Positions 8,428-15,143 of a DNA stretch of 32,000 nucleotides are shown in pieces; position 1 is the first letter of the stretch, and each line of letters begins with the position of its first letter. This DNA is from a virus. Location of the stretch: positions 90,001 to 122,000 of IMG/VR virus record IMGVR_UViG_3300035670_013237. One strand, written 5' to 3'. The notes beneath the pieces were generated by a model. That model was not told where the DNA came from. It was given only the letters and a program-made list of their open reading frames with translations, and searched no databases. Position numbers and translations under genes: made by a program.

Positions 8428-8673
8428 TCACCCACTCTCACGAGCCGCGACACGTCGATTCACTTCGGAAATTAGAAGCTGTGCCGCTTCAACGCTCAAC
8501 CTAAAGCTGGAAGACCAATTTTCGCTGGACAACATGATGTCGGGGTCGACACCATTTACTCGATATCCCGGAAAAAGGGACGCAACCTCATCAGCGAGAG
8601 TGAACCATTCCTTTGCATAATGTTCAGAATCTGAACAGGCAGTTCCATCAGGCAGTTTAAACAGTCTAGTCAT
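8428..8673 (-). CDS. hypothetical protein
   Basis: 81-aa ORF, ATG start. Confidence 0.6.
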   Translation of the reverse strand: MTRLFKLPDGTACSDSEHYAKEWFTLADEVASLFPGYRVNGVDPDIMLSSENWSSSFRLSVEAAQLLISEVNRRVAARESG

Positions 8674-8682
8674 TGTTTGCGC

Positions 8683-9015
8683 TCACTTACTGTGAAAGTG
8701 GATCATCTGGAATAATTCTTTTGCTTCGGAAGGATTACGATCTACCTGTTCCCAGGCGAGAATTGATAGATTGTGAATCTTTTTGAGCTTTTCACGAAGC
8801 CGTTCGATCTCCGCACGAAGTTCAGACCCCTCGATCTCCTTGAGCTTCTTCTCAACGTTCGCTTCTGTCTTGAGATTGAGGATTAGATTTTTGACGTGTG
8901 CGGCGGCATGGTGTGCCGATCGATCCTTCCAAGGAGCAGCTTCAGCAATCTCATCGCAAATATACTTCAGCAACCGTGAATCAGATTCATCATACTTATC
9001 TTCTGGATGTGACAT
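8683..9015 (-). CDS. hypothetical protein (charged, coiled-coil-like)
   Basis: 110 aa; preceded by a GGAG RBS and a TGCAAA-N17-TAAGGT element at 9037-9065. Confidence 0.65.
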   Translation of the reverse strand: MSHPEDKYDESDSRLLKYICDEIAEAAPWKDRSAHHAAAHVKNLILNLKTEANVEKKLKEIEGSELRAEIERLREKLKKIHNLSILAWEQVDRNPSEAKELFQMIHFHSK

Positions 9016-9036
9016 CGTGTGTCTCCTCTTGAGATG

Positions 9037-9065
9037 ACCTTACCATGGTCCTGAGAAGGTTTGCA
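9037..9065 (-). promoter_or_regulatory. two-box promoter-like element (minus strand)
   Basis: GGGGTGCAAACC: TGCAAA (9065-9060) - 17 nt ending CATGG - TAAGGT (9042-9037); followed by GGAG and the ATG at 9015. Confidence 0.5.
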
Positions 9066-9075
9066 CCCCGCGAGG

Positions 9076-9327
9076 TTAAGATATTTCATCAACGTTCTCA
9101 TCATCAACCCAGCCGACGCCAGTTGACGTTAAGATGCACAGAATATAGTGATATTTTCTGTGCCCTCGTCTGTATCCAATGATCATGCCCAGCTCAAACG
9201 GACCCATGGAACGAGAGTACCACCACATGTTTTCATCATTGTAGATGTAGGTTGACCGACAGAGATCGATCTCACTCTGTCTCTTTACGACAAAAGTTCC
9301 TAACTTGGGTGTGTACTCATCTTCCAT
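9076..9327 (-). CDS. SH3-like small protein
   Basis: 83 aa; PKLGTFVVK variant and STGVGWVDDE C-terminal motif. Confidence 0.65.
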   Translation of the reverse strand: MEDEYTPKLGTFVVKRQSEIDLCRSTYIYNDENMWWYSRSMGPFELGMIIGYRRGHRKYHYILCILTSTGVGWVDDENVDEIS

Positions 9328-9330
9328 GAT

Positions 9331-9495
9331 TCATAATTTTTTCAGGATGTTTGGGCTATGACGTTCAAGCAACATGTCGCTGAACAAGACTCGCAGCAAC
9401 CCGCTCGTCAAATTTTCAACCACAAGCCCATATCTTCGAGGTACTTCGGTAATCCTGAGGATAACAAGGTCACCTGGGAGCAGGTTATGTTCCAT
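9331..9495 (-). CDS. small SH3-like GD-motif family protein (54 aa, below the track cutoff)
   Basis: Hand translation: MEHNLLPGDLVILRITEVPRRYGLVVENLTSGLLRVLFSDMLLERHSPNILKKL*. Confidence 0.5.
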   Translation of the reverse strand: MEHNLLPGDLVILRITEVPRRYGLVVENLTSGLLRVLFSDMLLERHSPNILKKL

Positions 9496-9655
9496 TCTCG
9501 TCCTTACTACGGAGATCTGATATCAGCTTTTCCACCAAAGAAGCTATCTCATCGGTCGACATCTTCTTTATTTGTTCTCCCACTTCGTCATCACCGAGAA
9601 CAAGATCGACAGATGTGGGGGTGACGACAAACTCTGTGTGCTTCGTGATCTTCAT
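9485..9655 (-). CDS. hypothetical 56-aa protein, possibly leaderless
   Basis: Hand translation: MKITKHTEFVVTPTSVDLVLGDDEVGEQIKKMSTDEIASLVEKLISDLRSKDENGT*; the ATG lies 6 nt after the TATTTT box of TGTAAA-N17-TATTTT. Confidence 0.45.
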   Translation of the reverse strand: MKITKHTEFVVTPTSVDLVLGDDEVGEQIKKMSTDEIASLVEKLISDLRSKDENGT

Positions 9656-9661
9656 GAAAGA

Positions 9662-9690
9662 AAAATACCATGTGTGACGGTGAATTTACA
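9662..9690 (-). promoter_or_regulatory. two-box promoter-like element (minus strand)
   Basis: TGTAAA (9690-9685) - 17 nt ending CATGG - TATTTT (9667-9662); the TAA stop of ORF 9686..9919 lies inside GTGTAAA; the ATG at 9655 is 6 nt downstream. Confidence 0.5.
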
Positions 9691-9919
9691 CAACATCGTA
9701 CATTTCAGACGACAACACCATCCCCGTGACACACTGAATCCCACCCTCAAGGTTGACCAGATATTTCACGTGGTACCATGTGGTCCGCTTCCCAAGCACA
9801 TTGGTCATCGAATAATCCCGCTCTATGGACACTACCAGCGCCATCACCGGGGCGGGTGAATGCTGAAACCGGACATAATCTCCCGGGCGTAAGTCCTCAA
9901 TGCCCACCCGCCTTAACAT
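9686..9919 (-). CDS. small SH3-like GD-motif family protein
   Basis: LRPGDYVRF motif; 77 aa. Confidence 0.65.
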   Translation of the reverse strand: MLRRVGIEDLRPGDYVRFQHSPAPVMALVVSIERDYSMTNVLGKRTTWYHVKYLVNLEGGIQCVTGMVLSSEMYDVV

Positions 9920-10245
9920 ACAAACTCGTACAGGGTTCCCTCGATCACACTACGTTTATCTATGTAGCTCCTATCCCCTGATAAGAGGAGGAGCAAGTCG
10001 TACGTGCATATTCGACGCTCACCATCGATGATATCTCCCCAGATCACGGGCTCAGGTGGACCGACCCACAGCACCATCCCCACGTACCAACCGATTGGAG
10101 CTCCGTCGCCCACGTACCCGTATGAACGAACCATGATGACGTCACCGGGTCGCAGCGCCTCGATCGACACCATCAGGCTCCCGTCGGACTTTACGAGGGG
10201 CGTTTCAGGTGTATAGATCACCAAATCGTCCATTGGATTCGTCAT
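9913..10245 (-). CDS. small SH3-like GD-motif family protein (GC-rich member)
   Basis: Start trimmed to the ATG at 10245 (MTNPMDDLV...), which gives an ATGA overlap with the upstream stop; LRPGDVIMV motif. Confidence 0.6.
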   Translation of the reverse strand: MTNPMDDLVIYTPETPLVKSDGSLMVSIEALRPGDVIMVRSYGYVGDGAPIGWYVGMVLWVGPPEPVIWGDIIDGERRICTYDLLLLLSGDRSYIDKRSVIEGTLYEFVC

Positions 10246-10451
10246 TCTGCTGGCTCCCCGCGGCTGATGACACAGAAGACGCGTCCGAGGGTGTCTGGTG
10301 TGGCGACCTCCCGCCACATGCGACCCTCCTGCATCCACAAGATGTTCCGCTCACCGTCGGCCCCGAGAACGACACGCAGTCGTCCGCTCGTCCAGGTGTC
10401 GATGACGAGGTCACCTGGCTGTAGGCCGTCGACGTTCATTCTTGTGATCAT
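10242..10451 (-). CDS. small SH3-like GD-motif family protein (first gene of the minus-strand array)
   Basis: Start trimmed to the ATG at 10451 (MITRMNVDGLQPGDLVID); the longer track ORF would overlap the divergent plus-strand gene; 10439 is an alternative start. Confidence 0.55.
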   Translation of the reverse strand: MITRMNVDGLQPGDLVIDTWTSGRLRVVLGADGERNILWMQEGRMWREVATPDTLGRVFCVISRGEPAE

Positions 10452-10502
10452 AAAGTGCACAGGTAGACCATACCTATTGGTGGCTGAAAAAATACAGGGA
10501 AA

Positions 10503-10934
10503 TTGAAATTGAGGCTCACACTCAGACAACTCAAGAATATTATTCAAGAGGCACTCACCACCTCTACGTTCGGTGACCTGACACTCGAGGAGGACATGGA
10601 CGAAAAGAGGGGGAGGTACAAGATCACCGTCTTCCATCCTAAGACCTTCAGCTTCCCAGGCCACCCGGACCTCACGGTTCCAGATTATGAAACCTCACAA
10701 ATGGAAGCCCGAATTGCAGACGGTGAGCTGGAGATCGTCAGCATTCGTGTCGATCCCTCCCACAGACGGCGGGGCATCGCACGTCACATGGTGAACTTGG
10801 CCCTTGATGCTGCCCATAGCATGGGACTCACTCTCACATCTTCAGGCATTTATTCAGCAGAGGGCTCATCTCTCTTGGCATCACTGGGGGGCATGGTGTC
10901 TCCCCACGGCGTGCGGCACAAGATCTCACGTTAG
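10503..10934 (+). CDS. GNAT-like N-acetyltransferase domain protein with conserved N-terminal MK(L/I)TLxQLKxIIxE leader
   Basis: 143 aa; TTG start; IVSIRVDPSHRRRGIARHMVNLALDAA resembles GNAT motif A (R/Q-x-x-G-x-A); the N-terminus matches those of ORFs at 16092 and 24517. Confidence 0.55.
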   Translation: MKLRLTLRQLKNIIQEALTTSTFGDLTLEEDMDEKRGRYKITVFHPKTFSFPGHPDLTVPDYETSQMEARIADGELEIVSIRVDPSHRRRGIARHMVNLALDAAHSMGLTLTSSGIYSAEGSSLLASLGGMVSPHGVRHKISR

Positions 10935-12182
10935 ACGGATGAGCTCGCCCCGCTCAGGCCCAACGGACACGTACGACACCCGCACACCTGACAGTTCTTC
11001 AATGCGGCAGATGAAGCTTTGGGCCGCAGGTGGCAGATCGGCCCAGGTTCGACAATTTCGGGTCGAAGTCTTCCACCCGGGAAAGACCTCATACACTGGT
11101 CGACACCGATCCAGGTCAGGGACGTCGGGCATCTCAGTCGTCTTCCGGCCATCGAATTCGTATGCAGTGCAAATCTTCACCTCGTCGAGACCATCGAGAA
11201 CGTCAAGCTTCGTGACTGCCAGGTCGGTATAGCCGCTGAGCCAAGCGCCGTACCTGACGGAGACAGCATCGAACCACCCGCAGCGGCGGGGACGGCCTGT
11301 GGTGACGCCGTACTCAGCACCCAATTCCCGGAGCATGTTGCCCAGCTCCCCTGCCTCCTCGGTCGGAAATGGGCCTGCACCCACGGCAGTCGTGTAAGCT
11401 TTGACGACGCCTAACGATCGTGTGATAGACTGAACGGGTAAGCCTGCGCCCACACCGCTCACCATGCTGTTCGAGCTCGTGACGAATGGGTATGTGCCCC
11501 AGTCCAGATCACGCATGATTCCTAGCTGCCCCTCGACAAGAACCCGGCCCCCACGCTCCAGCGCATCACGGAGGAGGGGCACGCTATCGACGATCCTGGG
11601 CCGGAGGACATCAGCCCAACCCTCCACCTCGGCCCACACATCGTAGAAGTTGAGTGGGTAATCCTTGAAGCCGCTGATGAACTCGTTCGCCCGCTCGACC
11701 CCTGCCTGCACTTTAGCGTGGAGGTGCGGACCCCCATTGATAATATCAGCAATTCGGACACCTGTGCGGGCCGACTTATCAGAGTAAGCTGGGCCGATGC
11801 CCCGGCCTGTCGTTCCGATCTTATTGGTGCGATCTCCAGCACGGTCGACGAGGGGATGCCATGGCATCACAACGTGCGCACGGCGGTCAATAAAGACTCG
11901 GGTGGTGTCGATTCCCACTGCCCCGAGCTCATCAAGCTCCTTTTTAAGAGCTGAGGGATTGACGACACAACCGGCGCCGATGAGACACTTGGGTCGAGGC
12001 TGAAAGATGCCACTGGGCACCATGTGAAGTCCCCACTTACGACCACCCCAGTACACCATGTGCCCTGCATTGTCTCCACCATGGCTCCTGACGACCCAAT
12101 CGACATCAGCGCTCAGTTCATCGACAAAACGTCCCTTTCCCTCATCTCCCCATTGACCACCCACGACGGCAGTGACAGACAT
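10926..12182 (-). CDS. purA: adenylosuccinate synthetase family protein (PurA-like; a PurZ-type enzyme is not excluded)
   Basis: 418 aa; collinear with bacterial PurA motifs QWGDEGKG, GGDNAGH, IGTTGRGIGPAY, GVTTGRPRRCGW, TKLDVLD; GGAGG RBS. Confidence 0.92.
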   Translation of the reverse strand: MSVTAVVGGQWGDEGKGRFVDELSADVDWVVRSHGGDNAGHMVYWGGRKWGLHMVPSGIFQPRPKCLIGAGCVVNPSALKKELDELGAVGIDTTRVFIDRRAHVVMPWHPLVDRAGDRTNKIGTTGRGIGPAYSDKSARTGVRIADIINGGPHLHAKVQAGVERANEFISGFKDYPLNFYDVWAEVEGWADVLRPRIVDSVPLLRDALERGGRVLVEGQLGIMRDLDWGTYPFVTSSNSMVSGVGAGLPVQSITRSLGVVKAYTTAVGAGPFPTEEAGELGNMLRELGAEYGVTTGRPRRCGWFDAVSVRYGAWLSGYTDLAVTKLDVLDGLDEVKICTAYEFDGRKTTEMPDVPDLDRCRPVYEVFPGWKTSTRNCRTWADLPPAAQSFICRIEELSGVRVSYVSVGPERGELIRLT

Positions 12183-12205
12183 GACATTTCCTCCGTAATG
12201 TTTTC

Positions 12206-12234
12206 ATTATACCAAGTGTTGCCGCAAAGTTCAA
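12206..12234 (-). promoter_or_regulatory. near-consensus sigma70-type promoter of the PurA-like gene
   Basis: TTGAAC (12234-12229) - 17 nt ending TGG - TATAAT (12211-12206), then GGAGG and the ATG at 12182. Confidence 0.6.
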
Positions 12235-12402
12235 CCCTACAAGTTCACAGTTCAAATTCATGGTTTACAATTCTCTTTGCAACAGCGCGCTGCGCGAGGA
12301 ACAAGACACATGATTGCGACAAACAACAGAAGAGATTGAGCATTTCATTGCGGGCAGATGCCACATACCGGCATCTTGCCGTCCATTGATAAGGTTAAAT
12401 TC

Positions 12403-12573
12403 ATGATGTCACAGGGTAAACTTGACGCTCTTCCGGCTCCCAGCAAGATCCAGACACTCTTGGAGGTTAAGGAAGATACTCGAAAGTTGCCCATGTATGT
12501 CGCAGTCTTCAACTTCCCGCCAAACGCTAGCCAGGTTGAAGTTGGACCGGTTGCTGAGTGGTTGAAGAAGTGA
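12403..12573 (+). CDS. hypothetical small protein
   Basis: Start trimmed to the ATG at 12403 (MMSQGKLD...), preceded by AAGG; first plus-strand gene after the divergent region. Confidence 0.45.
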   Translation: MMSQGKLDALPAPSKIQTLLEVKEDTRKLPMYVAVFNFPPNASQVEVGPVAEWLKK

Positions 12574-12620
12574 CGAGAAAATACTTAGTAAAATAATTAC
12601 CATAAGGACATAATTGAGAT

Positions 12621-12995
12621 ATGCCATTACCAAGTATTCAACAAGCGGTGCCTGAAACCCTTGAAAACGCCAAGTTGCGCATCGAGACAGAGGTGACCGC
12701 CATCATGGGTCTACAAGACATCATTGAAATTGAGGTGCCCTACGAACATCACCAAACTCTCCGTACCTGGGTGCAAGACGAAGGTATGAGGTGCGGATGT
12801 CAGGTGCTTCCCGGTCGCAGGAGCATTCTTGTGATCAACACGACACTTCCTCCGCTACCTGAACCCACACCTGAACAGGTTCAGGCACAAATTGAAGCGG
12901 TCTTGGCGGCACAATATGCACAAGAAGTTCAGCAATTGACGCAACGGGTCGCTACCCTCGAGTCTGAGATAGTGACTCTACAAGGAGGAAGCTGA
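12621..12995 (+). CDS. hypothetical protein with C-terminal coiled-coil-like segment
   Basis: 124 aa; ends QVQAQIEAVLAAQYAQEVQQLTQRVATLESEIVTLQ; abuts the next gene. Confidence 0.6.
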   Translation: MPLPSIQQAVPETLENAKLRIETEVTAIMGLQDIIEIEVPYEHHQTLRTWVQDEGMRCGCQVLPGRRSILVINTTLPPLPEPTPEQVQAQIEAVLAAQYAQEVQQLTQRVATLESEIVTLQGGS

Positions 12996-12996
12996 C

Positions 12997-13428
12997 ATGG
13001 CGGCACCAAATACAGAACCTGTTTTTTCAAGAGTCGCCGACGTGCAATGGGTCGACAATGTTGTCACAGCGAACAATACCATCGACCTCACGAGCGGCAC
13101 GAATTATCTCGTGTTCACCGCCGACTCAACCAACGGTGGTTTCGTCCGCAATGCGCGCGTGAAGGTCAATCCAGCCAACAGCAGTGCCGCAACCGTCGTG
13201 CGCTTCTGGCTCAATAACGGCTCGACGACTGGCACGGCGTCGAACTCTGCCATCATTGGCGAGCTTGGCCTACCGGCCACGACGACCTCTGCGACCGCTC
13301 CGTTGCCGGATTTCGACTACGGTCTGAACATGGCACTCCCGCCAGGATACAAGATTTACGTCACTGTCGGCACTGCGCCAGGCGGAAGCTGCGAGCTGAC
13401 CGTCACAATCTTCGGTGGAAAGTACTGA
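12997..13428 (+). CDS. hypothetical protein, possibly virion-associated
   Basis: 143 aa, Thr/Ser/Asn/Gly-rich; immediately precedes the three glycine-rich paralogues with a 1-nt TGATG overlap. Confidence 0.6.
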   Translation: MAAPNTEPVFSRVADVQWVDNVVTANNTIDLTSGTNYLVFTADSTNGGFVRNARVKVNPANSSAATVVRFWLNNGSTTGTASNSAIIGELGLPATTTSATAPLPDFDYGLNMALPPGYKIYVTVGTAPGGSCELTVTIFGGKY

Positions 13429-14285
13429 TGATTGACCTCCTCCACCTGCCAGAGCCGAGCGAGCGCGTGGTGTGGTTCCCAGGAAGTGCTGGCACTTCCG
13501 ATTGGAAGGTATGGACCAAGCCGCGCGGCGTTAGCATGGTCGCGATTATCGCAATAGGAGGAGGTGGCGGTGGCAGTAGCGGAGGTGCCTTGTCACCTCC
13601 TTCTGGAGGAGGGGGAGGCGGTGGTGCTTGCATGTCAGCAGCTATGTTCAATGCGTTCGTACTACCTGAAACGTTATACGTGAGCGCTGGCAATGGTGGT
13701 GCTGGTGGCGCAGCCACGACTACGACTTCTCCTAAAGAGGGTACGATAGGCGGCACTTCACATGTCAGCGTCTATCCTAACACAACAGCTGGAAACGCTA
13801 TACTGACAGCGCCGGGAGGGCGCGTGTCTCAATTTAGTGGCGGGTCTGGTGGGGGAGCGGCAGCCACTGCGGCAACTGTGACCAGTAACCCGCTTTGTCA
13901 AATGGCATTACGTTTTTCGTTCAACTCTGGTTCTGCAGGTACGGCTGGGCGCACCACTGTAGGCACTAACCTCGCCCCGGGCACAATACCCATACTCGGT
14001 GGTACTGGAGGCGGCGGCAATAGCGCAGGCATCTCCTATTCTGGTGGCGGTATTTACGGCGCTGGAATAAACATTCCAAATGCTAATGGTAACGGGTCAC
14101 CTGGATTTATTTTTCGTGGGTTCCATTATGGCGGGACTGGTGGGGGTGGTAGTACCACTCAGGGTGGAGCCGGCGGTAATGGTGGTGTGTGGGGCGCAGG
14201 CGGCGGCGGCGGCGGCGGGTGTATTGGGGCTGGCGGCGCCGGCGGAGCTGGTGGTCCTGGCTTAGTTATTATTGCAAGTTGGTGA
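13428..14285 (+). CDS. glycine-rich domain protein, paralogue 1 of 3 (putative fibre/structural protein)
   Basis: 285 aa; N-terminal hLP..x..W..W.KPxG.xMV.I.aIGGGGGG module, poly-Gly blocks, C-terminal GGPGLVIIASW*. Confidence 0.8.
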   Translation: MIDLLHLPEPSERVVWFPGSAGTSDWKVWTKPRGVSMVAIIAIGGGGGGSSGGALSPPSGGGGGGGACMSAAMFNAFVLPETLYVSAGNGGAGGAATTTTSPKEGTIGGTSHVSVYPNTTAGNAILTAPGGRVSQFSGGSGGGAAATAATVTSNPLCQMALRFSFNSGSAGTAGRTTVGTNLAPGTIPILGGTGGGGNSAGISYSGGGIYGAGINIPNANGNGSPGFIFRGFHYGGTGGGGSTTQGGAGGNGGVWGAGGGGGGGCIGAGGAGGAGGPGLVIIASW

Positions 14286-14288
14286 CCC

Positions 14289-15140
14289 ATGTTTGACTTT
14301 TCACACTTACCACAAAACGCGACCGTGTCTGAGTTCATAGGGCCAAGCGGAATTTACGCTTGGCAAAAGCCGCCAAATGCGACGCTGGTTTTCATGATGT
14401 GCATTGGTGGCGGCGGAGGTGGTGGCCAAGGACATAACACACCAAGCGGTGGCGGTGGCGGTGGTGGTGCAAGTGGAGGATTGACGCAAGCGCTGTTTTT
14501 CGCGTGGTCGATGCCTAGCTCTCTTTATGTGACATTCTCTGGACAATCAGGTGCAGGCTCTACACAGGGCGCAGCTGTATCTATTTCAACTTACCCATCA
14601 GCAAGCCCCATTTCAGCTTATATGTATTGTCAAGCCTATGGAGGCAATATTGGAACAAGCGGCAATGCGTCGGCAGGCGGAAATGGCGGCGGACCGTTCG
14701 GAGCAGTCAGCGCCACTGCCGCAAATCTACTCAATAACGCGATATATTTCAGCGCTAATAACAATACTCAAGGAGTAAGTGGGTCGACAACATCTGCTGC
14801 TTCGCAGTCTATAGGTTCAACAATGCCTATCCTAGGAGGTTGTGGCGGCAGCGGCAATAGTAACACAGGCGGAGGGTTCACGAGCGACATCTCGCTTTTG
14901 GTGCCGAGCATCTCCGGAGGCAATCCAGGTGGAGGACCTGCAGGTAATGGCCTCTTCCTCAATCGTCCATTCCTATCCATTGGCGGCATGGGCGGAGGCG
15001 GCGCTTCATCGGTGCCGGGTGGTACTGGCGGCACCGCCCCAGGCTACGGAGCGGGTGGTGGCGGTGGTGGCGCAGGGACTACGACACTCAGCGCAGGCGG
15101 CCCAGGCGGCCCAGCTTATGCCTGCATCATTGCGTGGTGA
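14289..15140 (+). CDS. glycine-rich domain protein, paralogue 2 of 3
   Basis: 283 aa; same architecture; ends GGPAYACIIAW*; junction TGGTGACCCATG identical to the next junction. Confidence 0.8.
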   Translation: MFDFSHLPQNATVSEFIGPSGIYAWQKPPNATLVFMMCIGGGGGGGQGHNTPSGGGGGGGASGGLTQALFFAWSMPSSLYVTFSGQSGAGSTQGAAVSISTYPSASPISAYMYCQAYGGNIGTSGNASAGGNGGGPFGAVSATAANLLNNAIYFSANNNTQGVSGSTTSAASQSIGSTMPILGGCGGSGNSNTGGGFTSDISLLVPSISGGNPGGGPAGNGLFLNRPFLSIGGMGGGGASSVPGGTGGTAPGYGAGGGGGGAGTTTLSAGGPGGPAYACIIAW

Positions 15141-15143
15141 CCC

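Noticed and set aside
9358-9624. 88-aa plus-strand ORF
   Set aside because: It lies opposite two minus-strand ORFs (9331..9495 and 9485..9655). One of those carries the family LLPGDLVIL motif, and the other sits behind a two-box element. There is no plus-strand context in this block.
12244-12271. TTCACA-N16-TACAAT possible plus-strand promoter in the divergent region
   Set aside because: The match is plausible, but it would leave a leader of about 125 nt before the first plus-strand ATG (12403), and it is a single occurrence. Too weak to list as a feature.
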